A stretch of DNA of 55,445 nucleotides from an uncultured Bacilli bacterium (GTDB taxonomy: Bacteria; Bacillota_I; Bacilli_A; RF39; UBA660), in assembly GCA_944329195.1 (NCBI GenBank), contig CALVHX010000003.1, positions 1-55,445 of the forward strand, given 5' to 3'. A program made the position numbers and the translations under genes. This document shows, piece after piece, positions 30,419 to 39,445 of the stretch. The notes under the pieces are model-generated. The model was not told the origin of the DNA and ran no database searches. It saw only the letters and a program-made list of their open reading frames with translations. Positions within the stretch are counted from its first letter, which is position 1, and each line of letters begins with the position of its first letter.

Positions 30419-31224
30419 TGATAAATATTTCCTTTAATAAAAGTTATAAAATCAATAATAACGATATTATTCAACTGATAAAAAATGTAATTACGATTAC
30501 CGATATATTTAGGATAGATTTTGCTAAACAACCTATTAAAGCAAATTATTCTAAAGAATTTAGGGTGTATAGGGAGATAGATAATTTTGCTGAAAATTTT
30601 ATCACCTCTTGTTTAACGATGCAAAAGGATTTAAGAATTTATAAAAAGGGTATTTGTGGTGTGTGTTATGGCGGCTTGGAACTACCAATTATAATGAAAT
30701 CAATGGATAATAGGATAGATGATGTATCTGTGTTAAAGTTTAACAAAAATGTAACTGGTTATTCCAAAAAGCAATCATTGGAGTTGAGATTTTTTGATGT
30801 ATTTAATGCTGGTGGTATTGAACTTTTTGGTGTCGATAAGCAAAAATCTTATGTTTTATTAGATGATAATTTATTAACAGGAAAAACTATGCAGCTTGCA
30901 TTGACTACTTTATATGACATAGGAATTGATGTAGATAAAATTATTGTTGTTAGATATCCGGGTGTTAATAGAATTAGTCAAATGTTTATGCCAAATCATG
31001 GGGCTATTGACTATAGACATTTTTTTGAATTTATTGAGGGTTTATATTTTCCTAGTCCATATAGTTGGAGAGACCCATATAGTTCTGATCCATATGAGGA
31101 TTCTCTTGGGATATTTGATTTGAATAGAAGAAAAGTGCTAGAGTGTTTAGTAAAAAACGGTGACTACTCTAAAAATAGTGAAGTGTCATTTGTAAAGAGG
31201 TTGATTAGGAATGAAAATAATTAA
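30415..31224 (+). CDS. Type I phosphoribosyltransferase domain protein
   Basis: PRPP-binding loop VLLDDNLLTGKTMQ; GVCYGGLELP. Confidence 0.8.
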   Translation: MMINISFNKSYKINNNDIIQLIKNVITITDIFRIDFAKQPIKANYSKEFRVYREIDNFAENFITSCLTMQKDLRIYKKGICGVCYGGLELPIIMKSMDNRIDDVSVLKFNKNVTGYSKKQSLELRFFDVFNAGGIELFGVDKQKSYVLLDDNLLTGKTMQLALTTLYDIGIDVDKIIVVRYPGVNRISQMFMPNHGAIDYRHFFEFIEGLYFPSPYSWRDPYSSDPYEDSLGIFDLNRRKVLECLVKNGDYSKNSEVSFVKRLIRNENN

Positions 31225-31323
31225 TGTTGCTAGCTTGTTGTTTAAGGTGTATATGTATATGTTATATTATTTAAAATTTAGTTTGTGTGAAAAATACAAA
31301 AATGAAATATAAGGAGAGGTTGA

Positions 31324-32277
31324 TTGATTTTAATAATGAATGAGATTGTAGATGTATTAAAAAAAATTAATAATAATATTTATATTAGTGGTCATAAAAA
31401 GGCTGATTGTGACTCTTTATTCTCTTCTTTAGCTCTGGCTCTTTTACTTAACGATATGGGAAAGACTTGCAAGGTTTATATTGAAAAAGAAGATATAGAG
31501 AAGGTAGAATATTTTCAATGTAACGATATCATAGTGGATGACATTGTTGATGATAATTTTACTTTTATATTATTGGACTTAAATAAGATAGAAAGGCTTC
31601 CAGATAAAATGATATATGCCTTTCAAAAAGCTACTACAACAATCAATATAGACCATCACATAAAAAATAATACCAAATCAAAATTTGTTTATAGCTTTGA
31701 AGAAAAAAGTTCAACGTGTGAGATAATTTATGACATAGCTAGTGAATTACAAGTAAAGATTAGTAGTAAAATTGCTGAATTGTTATTCACTGGTATAGTT
31801 AGCGATACAAATATGTTAGTGAATAATGCTGATTATAATACTTTTTTAATATTATCACATTTATTAAAGAAAAACATAGATAAAGATTTTCTAATAAATA
31901 AGTATGTTATTGAAAAAACAGAAGAAGAAATGAAAATTATAGCATATATGATAAATAATATTATTTTTGATGAGGTTTATTATGTTGTATTGGATATGAA
32001 GAGGGAACCTTTTAGAAGTGTTTCATATGTTGATATTTCAAAAAAATGTATACCAACTATTATGAGTGATGAAAATATAAATATATTGATTGTAATAATG
32101 GATTATGGAATTAAAAAGAAAGGAGAAATACGGAGTAAAGGAAAAATTGATTCTGAAAAGTTAGCTAATATTTTAACTGGTGGTGGCCATTTTCATGCTG
32201 CTGGTTTCTCTAATAAAAAAAGTATAGATGAGATAATAGATATTTCGAAAAAATATATGGGTGATATTAGTGTATGA
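31324..32277 (+). CDS. DHH/DHHA1 phosphoesterase (NrnA-like)
   Basis: H..ADCD, LLD, NIDHH, GIVSDT, GGGHFHAAG. Confidence 0.92.
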   Translation: MILIMNEIVDVLKKINNNIYISGHKKADCDSLFSSLALALLLNDMGKTCKVYIEKEDIEKVEYFQCNDIIVDDIVDDNFTFILLDLNKIERLPDKMIYAFQKATTTINIDHHIKNNTKSKFVYSFEEKSSTCEIIYDIASELQVKISSKIAELLFTGIVSDTNMLVNNADYNTFLILSHLLKKNIDKDFLINKYVIEKTEEEMKIIAYMINNIIFDEVYYVVLDMKREPFRSVSYVDISKKCIPTIMSDENINILIVIMDYGIKKKGEIRSKGKIDSEKLANILTGGGHFHAAGFSNKKSIDEIIDISKKYMGDISV

Positions 32278-33301
32278 TATTTTAAAATATTATTATGATA
32301 TAGATGCAAATAACATAGAGCCTTTATCTGGCGGTTGGATGAATGGAAAGTATATAGTTACTTCAAATAAAAATAAATACGTTTTAAAAGTATATAATCA
32401 TAAAAAAATTGAAAAAATGAGTAATGGTGAATTTTCTACTAATTATTTAGATAATCAAATGTTAAATAATTTGAGAATAGTAAACTATATGAACGAATTA
32501 AAATTAAATTGCCCAAAAGTTATACCGACAATTTTTAGCGATTTAATTGTAAAGTATGGCAATGATAGGTTGACTTTAATGACTTATATAAATGGAAAGA
32601 ATGTAGATAGAAAAAGTATAACTGGAATTCAATTATGTAATTTGGGTAATGAATGTTGCAAGATGCATAATTTATTTAAAAATGTTAGCGATGAGTTATA
32701 TGTAGGTAAATATTTAGCGCTTCCTACTTTAAATGACTTAGAAAATAGACTTATTTATAACACGTCAATTGTTTCTGCTGAAACTTCTAAAGAATTTATA
32801 GAGTTATTAAAGTTTGAAAAAAGAATTATAAGAAAATTATGTGATACTAATATAATTGATGAAATACCAATTGGTATTATACATGGTGATTTTGCAGATG
32901 ATAATATAATATTTAGTAATGACGCTCCGTATATTGTTGATTTTGAATTGGTAAGAAAAAATTCTTATTTACAAGATATAGGTAGAATTCTTTTATCGTA
33001 TTGTTTTGATGATGGTGTAATTAATTTTGGAAGAATTAATAATTTCAAAGCTGGGTATGATAATTTGAACTATAGTCAAATATTGTTATCATTAGTTATT
33101 GTTTGGATTAATGAAATTAATATGTGGATAAAAAGTAATTATTTTAGTAGAAATTTGACTTTAAAAGCAAAAAGATTTCAAGACGAATTAATATATTTGA
33201 CTATAAATCTTGAAAGTATTATTGATTTGTATTTTTATTGTGACAATGAGGAAATAATAGGAAAATATAAATCTTGCGAAAAGAAATTAGTTAGAAGATA
33301 G
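32261..33301 (+). CDS. APH/choline-kinase-like phosphotransferase
   Basis: LSGGWMN, YVLKVY, IIHGDFADDNIIF, IVDFE. Confidence 0.88.
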   Translation: MILVYDILKYYYDIDANNIEPLSGGWMNGKYIVTSNKNKYVLKVYNHKKIEKMSNGEFSTNYLDNQMLNNLRIVNYMNELKLNCPKVIPTIFSDLIVKYGNDRLTLMTYINGKNVDRKSITGIQLCNLGNECCKMHNLFKNVSDELYVGKYLALPTLNDLENRLIYNTSIVSAETSKEFIELLKFEKRIIRKLCDTNIIDEIPIGIIHGDFADDNIIFSNDAPYIVDFELVRKNSYLQDIGRILLSYCFDDGVINFGRINNFKAGYDNLNYSQILLSLVIVWINEINMWIKSNYFSRNLTLKAKRFQDELIYLTINLESIIDLYFYCDNEEIIGKYKSCEKKLVRR

Positions 33302-33320
33302 TTTAAGGGAGATTAATGAT

Positions 33321-35285
33321 ATGAAAATAATTAGTATAGGTGACTTAGTTACGGATTTCTATTATAAGAATGGTAAATTAATTGGTATCAATGGTGGTAT
33401 GACTGCGCATAATATAATTGCAAATATTAGTAAAATGGGCTTTGAATCTGCTACTTATGGTGTATGTGGAAATGATGCCGCTGGAAAGATAGCAATAGAT
33501 AGTTTGAAAAATATTGGTGTCAATATTGATAACATAAAAATAATAGATGGTTTAGAAACGCGCTGCTTTCACGTGTCATATTTTGAGGAAAATGGTAAAT
33601 TAGATTTTACTTCAAAAAAGAGATGCCCTTTTTGCGGTGAGAAACACTGGTATAATGATAGTAATATAAATTGCGATGATATTTTGAAAAATATAGATGA
33701 AGATGATATTTTAGTATTTGATAATTTAAATAGTAGAAACCAAATTATTATTGATAACTCTCGTAATAGAAAAATGTTAGATTTGGGTCAGTATTTTGAA
33801 CTAGACGATTATAGTGATAATGAGATTATTGATAAAATTAAAGGTAAGTTTGATTTTATAAACTTAAATGAACGTGTTGAAAAATATTTAATGAAAAGAT
33901 TTTCTATAAATTTATTAGAAGATGTATATAGTATATTGAAACCTAAATTAGTAATTGTTACTAGGGGTAGAAAAGGATCTGATTTTGTATTTAATGGTTA
34001 TAAAGTGAATAAAGAATTAGCAAATCCTTCTTTGGAACTTGATCCTACGGGAGCGGGCGATGCGTTTTTTTCTGTGTTTATTGGTGAGTATGTAAAAAAT
34101 AATTATGTTCTAGATGAAAAATTTATAGATTTTACTTTTGATAAGGCTACTAAACTTACGAAGAAAGTGGTAAAAAAGTTTAGTGCTAGGGGACATATAC
34201 AAAATTTATATAAGATAAAAAAGTTAGATAATAGTTGTACTTGTAGAAATTTTGATATTTTATTAAGAAAACAAATTAAAAGGTGTAATATAAATGTAAA
34301 TAACTTGGAAACTAGAATTATAAATGCTATTAAGAGCGGTGCTTATGAAAAATTAGTAAATATTAATTTTAAAGATTTAAATAATAGTATTTTTATTGGC
34401 ACAGGGGGTTCTTATGCTAGTGCTAAGTTTTCTTCTAAAGTTATTAATTATTTGTATGGTTTAAATACAATTGCTTTATTTCCAAGAGATTTGTATTATA
34501 GAAATAATAGTCGTGTAGATTCTATATTTATGTTTACTTATTCTGGCACGACAGATGATTTATTAATTTCAACTAAATCAATTGATAATAAAATTAAGTA
34601 TATTATTTCCAAAGGTGAGCTACAAAAAATCATAGCTAAAACAGGAATAACTAAAAATAACATTATTTCGTATAGGACAAGTACTAATAGAGGTAAGGAG
34701 AGAGGCTTCTTGTCTTTTGAAGGAGTTTTGGCTCCCGCTAGTTTATTTTTGAAACTATATTTTGAAAAAAACTTGAGAGATGATGTTGATTACTTTATTA
34801 GAGATAGTATAAACTATTGGAAGAATTATTTTGATAAGTATTTTAAGGATAATAAGAAAATGTTAAAAGATTTTCTAAAAATGGGAGGATTGCTAAATAT
34901 TTTTATAGGAGATTTTACGGAAGCGGCTGGTAGTGATTTAGAAAGTAAAATAGTGGAGTCTGGTATTTATAATTGCTTAATTCATGAAAAGAAAAATTTT
35001 TCTCATGGAAGATTTATTAATTATGAACATTTAAGTCAAAAAAAGAACATTTATCTTAAACAAAAAAGTACAAGCTTATATGAAGAAAAATTATTAGATT
35101 ATTTATCAAAAGATAAAAATCTAATAATTGAAAGTAGATATGATGGTATATTATGTGAATTTGATTTGTTAGTTGCTTCTCAATATTTGGTATATTATAT
35201 ATCGAATTTTCTTGATATAGATATTTCAAAGCCAAAGTATAGTGAAGATGCTATGAAAATATATTTTTACAAGGGAGAATTATAG
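33321..35285 (+). CDS. PfkB-family kinase fused to tandem SIS domains
   Basis: GGMTAHN, GNDAAG, VTRG..GS, DPTGAGDAF; CPFC insert; FIGTGGSYASA, TYSGTT, E.KIVESG...KNFSHGRF. Confidence 0.88.
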   Translation: MKIISIGDLVTDFYYKNGKLIGINGGMTAHNIIANISKMGFESATYGVCGNDAAGKIAIDSLKNIGVNIDNIKIIDGLETRCFHVSYFEENGKLDFTSKKRCPFCGEKHWYNDSNINCDDILKNIDEDDILVFDNLNSRNQIIIDNSRNRKMLDLGQYFELDDYSDNEIIDKIKGKFDFINLNERVEKYLMKRFSINLLEDVYSILKPKLVIVTRGRKGSDFVFNGYKVNKELANPSLELDPTGAGDAFFSVFIGEYVKNNYVLDEKFIDFTFDKATKLTKKVVKKFSARGHIQNLYKIKKLDNSCTCRNFDILLRKQIKRCNINVNNLETRIINAIKSGAYEKLVNINFKDLNNSIFIGTGGSYASAKFSSKVINYLYGLNTIALFPRDLYYRNNSRVDSIFMFTYSGTTDDLLISTKSIDNKIKYIISKGELQKIIAKTGITKNNIISYRTSTNRGKERGFLSFEGVLAPASLFLKLYFEKNLRDDVDYFIRDSINYWKNYFDKYFKDNKKMLKDFLKMGGLLNIFIGDFTEAAGSDLESKIVESGIYNCLIHEKKNFSHGRFINYEHLSQKKNIYLKQKSTSLYEEKLLDYLSKDKNLIIESRYDGILCEFDLLVASQYLVYYISNFLDIDISKPKYSEDAMKIYFYKGEL

Positions 35286-35346
35286 AAAGATATGCTAGTT
35301 TTATTTTTAACTTCTAGTAGTGAAAACTTAAATTATTTAATTAATT

Positions 35347-35383
35347 AGACTTATTTCATTAAAAATAAAACGGAAATAAGTCT
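35347..35383. terminator. Hairpin downstream of the island operon
   Basis: AGACTTATTTC / GAAATAAGTCT inverted repeat. Confidence 0.5.
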
Positions 35384-35422
35384 TTTAATTAATTATCATA
35401 TGTTAAAGATACGGCGAAATTA

Positions 35423-35589
35423 GTTACTATTCACAGCCTTTTGCCCTTTAATTTATAGTACTTTAAATTTAAAATTTGGATAAAAATAGGCTGTGAATAC
35501 TTGCTATTACACATATTTATAAACTCAAAAAAACAATAAAGTCCTTAAAATAAAGAAATTAATTGTCGAATTTAGCTGTGAATAGTAAC
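35423..35589. repeat. Nested inverted repeats, possible MITE/IS-end relic
   Basis: GTTACTATTCACAGC (35423-35437) / GCTGTGAATAGTAAC (35575-35589); extra copy AGGCTGTGAATA at 35488-35499. Confidence 0.6.
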
Positions 35590-35658
35590 CGAAATTAAAA
35601 AAAGATGAAATTTTACTCTTGAATATACAAGCTCTTAATGTTATAATTATATTGTCAT

Positions 35659-35733
35659 TGCCTCGTCGCCAAGTGGTAAGGCACCAGACTCTGACTCTGG
35701 CATTCGTTAGTTCGAATCTAACCGAGGCAACCA
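35659..35733 (+). tRNA. tRNA-Gln(CUG)
   Basis: TGCCTCG acceptor / CGAGGCA-A-CCA; CCAGA-CT CTG AC-TCTGG anticodon arm; GTTCGAATC. Confidence 0.96.
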
Positions 35734-35742
35734 CGCAAAATT

Positions 35743-35770
35743 AGCCCTTATTTTTTAAGGGCTTTATTTT
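35743..35770. terminator. Terminator between tRNA-Gln and a convergent small ORF
   Basis: agccctta / taagggct stem with A/T flanks. Confidence 0.7.
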
Positions 35771-35785
35771 AACAAGTTACAATTA

Positions 35786-35920
35786 CTAGCAGCAATTATT
35801 ACCGATGGGATGATTTCTATTATCGCAGAATAAAATAAAAAATATTATCAATACAATAATAATTATCCATATCCAATTGCTACCGCATCCATAATAAGCA
35901 GGATATCCGCATCCATACAT
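35786..35920 (-). CDS. 44-aa small membrane protein, YjcZ-like spore peptide (not in ORF track)
   Basis: GAAAGGAG RBS; MYGCGYPAYYGCGSNWIWIIIIVLIIFFILFCDNRNHPIGNNCC. Confidence 0.75.
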   Translation of the reverse strand: MYGCGYPAYYGCGSNWIWIIIIVLIIFFILFCDNRNHPIGNNCC

Positions 35921-36038
35921 GTTAATCAAATCTCCTTTCATAATTATTATATTTTAATTAAGAAATGGCGAATATTATGGATACCTAATATAATGGTAGT
36001 TTATAACAAAAATGTTAGTATATAGTAGGAGGAAAATT

Positions 36039-37700
36039 ATGACAAATAGAGATTTAGCTAATTTAATGTATCCAAATGTTACTAAAACACCAGATGATTA
36101 TGAAAAGAAATATCCAGATAGAAATCTTCCCGAAGGTGCTGTCGTATCAAGATTTGCTCCATCTCCAACGGGATTTGTTCATATGGGAAGCTTACTTACC
36201 GCTCTTATTGCCGCTAAAGTTCCGAAAGACACTAAAGGGGTATTCTATCTTAGAATTGAAGATACTGATGGGAAGAGGAGTATTGAAAATGGGATTCAAG
36301 GTATTATTGATGATCTTGATAACTTTGACATAACTATAGATGAAGGTGTCGTATCTGAGTCTTTAGAAAAAGGAATTTATGGTCCTTATATTCAGACTAA
36401 AAGAAAAGAGATATATGATACTTATGCTAAATATATGATAGAAAATGATCTTGCTTATCCTTGTTTCTGCTCGGAGGAAGAGTTAGATGAAATAAGAAGT
36501 ATCCAAGAAAAAAACAAGGAGAGAATTGGTTATTATGGAAAATATGCTAGATGTCGTCACCTTAGTATGGAAGAAGCGTATGATAGGATTAAAAATGGTG
36601 AGAAGTATGTGATTAGATTAAAATCTCATGGAGATTTTAATAAAAAAGTAGAAGTTAATGATTTAGTTCGTGGCAAATTAGAATTTCCGGAAAACGATAT
36701 TGATACTATCCTTATTAAGAGTGATGGTATTCCTGTTTATCATTTTGCACATGTTATTGATGATCATTTAATGAGAACCACGCATATTCTTCGTGGTGAA
36801 GAATGGATAAGTAGTACTCCTATTCATTTACAGTTATTTAGAATGCTTGGGTTTAAAATTCCTAAATACGCTCATTTAGGTCTTGTTATGAAAGTAGATG
36901 AAGATGGGACTAGAAGAAAACTATCCAAAAGAAAGGATCCAGAGGCCGCTGTTAGTTATTATCATGAAAAGGGGATTCCAGTCGAGGCTGTAAAACTATA
37001 TCTTATGACTATTGCTAATTCTAACTTTGAGGAATGGTTAAACCAGAATCCCGATAAAACTATAGATGACTTTAAATTTGATTTTAAGAAGATGAGCACT
37101 AGTGGGTCTTTATTTGATATCGAGAAACTTTTGAATATATCAAAAAATTATATTAGCAGATTGACAAAAGAAGAAGTTTATAGTGGTCTATGTGAGTGGA
37201 CATCAGAATTTGATTCTGAGTTTTATAATATTATAGTCAATTATAAGGACTATACTATGGATATTCTTAATATTGAAAGGGAACAAAAAAAGCCTAGGAA
37301 GGATTATGCTAGTTATTCAGAAATAAAAAGTCAGATATTTTATATGTATGATGAGTTATATAGTCCTACTGGTTATGAATGGGGAAGTATTACGGATAGA
37401 AAAGAAATTATGAATATTTTAAATACTTACATGGATAAATACTTTGATGTTTCTTGTAAAGAAGAATGGTTTGACAATGTAAGGAAGCTTACCGATATAT
37501 TGGGTTATGCTAGTAATATGAAAGATTATAAAAATAATCCTAATAATTATAAGGGAAGTGTTGCAGATATTTCTACTGTACTTAGGGTAGCTATTACTTC
37601 AAAGTGTACTACACCTGATCTATATGTGATTATGAAGCTTCTTGGTAAAGAGAAAATTAAAAAAAGAATTGCCAATATAGAAAAAATATTAGCTGATTAA
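36039..37700 (+). CDS. gltX: Glutamate--tRNA ligase
   Basis: RFAPSPTGFVHMG, LRIEDTD, AYPCFCS, RGEEWISS, KLSKR; ATG 36039 after AGGAGG. Confidence 0.97.
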   Translation: MTNRDLANLMYPNVTKTPDDYEKKYPDRNLPEGAVVSRFAPSPTGFVHMGSLLTALIAAKVPKDTKGVFYLRIEDTDGKRSIENGIQGIIDDLDNFDITIDEGVVSESLEKGIYGPYIQTKRKEIYDTYAKYMIENDLAYPCFCSEEELDEIRSIQEKNKERIGYYGKYARCRHLSMEEAYDRIKNGEKYVIRLKSHGDFNKKVEVNDLVRGKLEFPENDIDTILIKSDGIPVYHFAHVIDDHLMRTTHILRGEEWISSTPIHLQLFRMLGFKIPKYAHLGLVMKVDEDGTRRKLSKRKDPEAAVSYYHEKGIPVEAVKLYLMTIANSNFEEWLNQNPDKTIDDFKFDFKKMSTSGSLFDIEKLLNISKNYISRLTKEEVYSGLCEWTSEFDSEFYNIIVNYKDYTMDILNIEREQKKPRKDYASYSEIKSQIFYMYDELYSPTGYEWGSITDRKEIMNILNTYMDKYFDVSCKEEWFDNVRKLTDILGYASNMKDYKNNPNNYKGSVADISTVLRVAITSKCTTPDLYVIMKLLGKEKIKKRIANIEKILAD

Positions 37701-37721
37701 TTTTATTTGGGAGGTTTTGTT

Positions 37722-38258
37722 ATGAAAAATATAAATTATAAAATAGAAAGAAATGATGTTTATATTGGTGAGGTGGTGAGAGCGGATGATATATTTAGGC
37801 ATGTAAGTGATGAAAATTTTGCTCTTGTGAAATCGGGACAATTGGATACTTCATGTCGTGAGGTATATCGAAATATGTTATTTGTTGTAGATGAAGAAAA
37901 TTTGTCAAATGATTTACTTTATACTTCTCCTAGTTATCCAATCTTGAATATTACTAATGATAATGTTTGTTTACAACTTAAAGGTCTTACAGTTATAAGA
38001 CGGTCATATAATTTGGGATCATTGCTTGAACTTTATGGATATAGAAAGAAATTATCTTATAATGATATAGTAAAGATACGAGAAGAAGTTTTTGGTAAAT
38101 CATTTTCGAGAGTGTTCCCGCTATTGCTTAAAATATCTTGTGACTCACAATATAGTGATATGGAAAAATTATGCCTTCCTATGCTTTTTTATACATCATC
38201 AGAAGAAAAGTTCATACCACATGCTGAAGAAGGAAAAATAAAAAGACTAATTAAATAA
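37722..38258 (+). CDS. Hypothetical protein
   Basis: ORF with GGAGG RBS before ATG 37722. Confidence 0.65.
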   Translation: MKNINYKIERNDVYIGEVVRADDIFRHVSDENFALVKSGQLDTSCREVYRNMLFVVDEENLSNDLLYTSPSYPILNITNDNVCLQLKGLTVIRRSYNLGSLLELYGYRKKLSYNDIVKIREEVFGKSFSRVFPLLLKISCDSQYSDMEKLCLPMLFYTSSEEKFIPHAEEGKIKRLIK

Positions 38259-38326
38259 TAAAAAGATGAGTTTGTAGGTTTTTCCAAATGTTTAGGAATG
38301 GAATAACTTATTTATAATCATCTTTT

Positions 38327-38680
38327 TTAGTTTTTTCTTCTATTGATTCCTACCATTGAGGCTAATGTGGAATCTAACATTAATAATAAAAAGTATATAG
38401 AGTTTCTAAGACTTAACGATTTTAAAAATAGATTTATAATTAAAAAGACAAAAATCCATATTATTCCATATTTTATTCCTTCTATATACCCTTTTTTGGT
38501 GGATGCTTTTCCTATTTTGTAACTTCCAATAAATATTGCAATAATGGGAATAAGAAGTTCCACTATTTTTAATATTGTACCGTTTAAAATATTGAAATAG
38601 TTTAAAATGGTTACAATAATGATACTTGTAAGTATGATTCCAATAGTCCAAGCTGAACTTTTTAAATAATTGATTAACAT
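38327..38680 (-). CDS. TIGR04086/YrzE-like membrane protein
   Basis: 4 TM, GK...KKGYIEG motif; divergent from a DUF421 gene as with Bacillus yrzE/yrbG. Confidence 0.75.
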   Translation of the reverse strand: MLINYLKSSAWTIGIILTSIIIVTILNYFNILNGTILKIVELLIPIIAIFIGSYKIGKASTKKGYIEGIKYGIIWIFVFLIINLFLKSLSLRNSIYFLLLMLDSTLASMVGINRRKN

Positions 38681-38742
38681 AATTTTCACCCAATTAATAG
38701 TATGTTTTTGTATAAAAAAATATACTTTCATACATAATTATA

Positions 38743-39390
38743 ATGGTGATTAAAATGATGATAGTGATGTTAAGAACAGTATTTTTTTATTTTTTTATTT
38801 TCATAATTTATAGAATAATGGGTAAAAGAGAGATTGGGCAACTCAGTATTATAGATTTAATTGTTTCTCTTTTAATAGCGGAACTTACAGTTATTAGTAT
38901 TGAAAATTATGATAAATCGATACTGTACTCGTTAATACCAATTGTTATATTAGTACTCTTGCAGTGTATACTTGCGTATTTTAGTCTGAAAAAACCGAAG
39001 TTTAGAATTTTTTTGGATGGAAATCCTTCTGTTATTATTAAAAATGGAAAAATAAACTATAATGAGATGCTAAAACAAAGATATAATTTAGATGACTTAC
39101 TTGTGCAACTTAGAGATAAAGGATATAGAAGTATTGAAGAAGTAGAGTATGCTATATTAGAAAGTAATGGTACTTTGTCTGTTTTTCCATACGATAATGG
39201 TAAAAGTCCTCTTCCACTTCCTATAATATTGGATGGAGACATTCAAGAAGATACAATTAAGCATTTGAAGAAAGATAAGAACTGGGTATATAATTTTTTG
39301 GATAGAAAAAATATTAAATTAGAAGATGTCTTTTTCGCTTTTTATAAAGATAAAAATATATTTATAATTAAGAACGATGACTTGTTATAA
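38743..39390 (+). CDS. DUF421 (YetF/YrbG) membrane protein
   Basis: RIMGKREIGQLSIIDL, GNPSVIIKNGKI, AILESNGTLSV. Confidence 0.92.
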   Translation: MVIKMMIVMLRTVFFYFFIFIIYRIMGKREIGQLSIIDLIVSLLIAELTVISIENYDKSILYSLIPIVILVLLQCILAYFSLKKPKFRIFLDGNPSVIIKNGKINYNEMLKQRYNLDDLLVQLRDKGYRSIEEVEYAILESNGTLSVFPYDNGKSPLPLPIILDGDIQEDTIKHLKKDKNWVYNFLDRKNIKLEDVFFAFYKDKNIFIIKNDDLL

Positions 39391-39445
39391 AAAATGGTAC
39401 TTTTTTCTTATATCTCTCATAAATTATTGTGAGGGGTGATATCTT

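Larger units (their letters stand above)
31211..33333 (+). repeat. 13-bp direct repeat ATGAAAATAATTA flanking the DHH+kinase cassette
   Basis: Copies at 31211-31223 and 33321-33333. Confidence 0.65.

Noticed and set aside
31211-31282. 23-codon ORF MKIINVASLL...
   Set aside because: Better explained as the leftover duplicated start of pfkB-SIS than as a gene
27640-35660. Autonomous mobile element carrying the WYL island
   Set aside because: No integrase or transposase, and the island lies 5' of tRNA-Gln with no visible att duplication
35525-35734. 69-aa minus-strand ORF
   Set aside because: It is the antisense reading of tRNA-Gln
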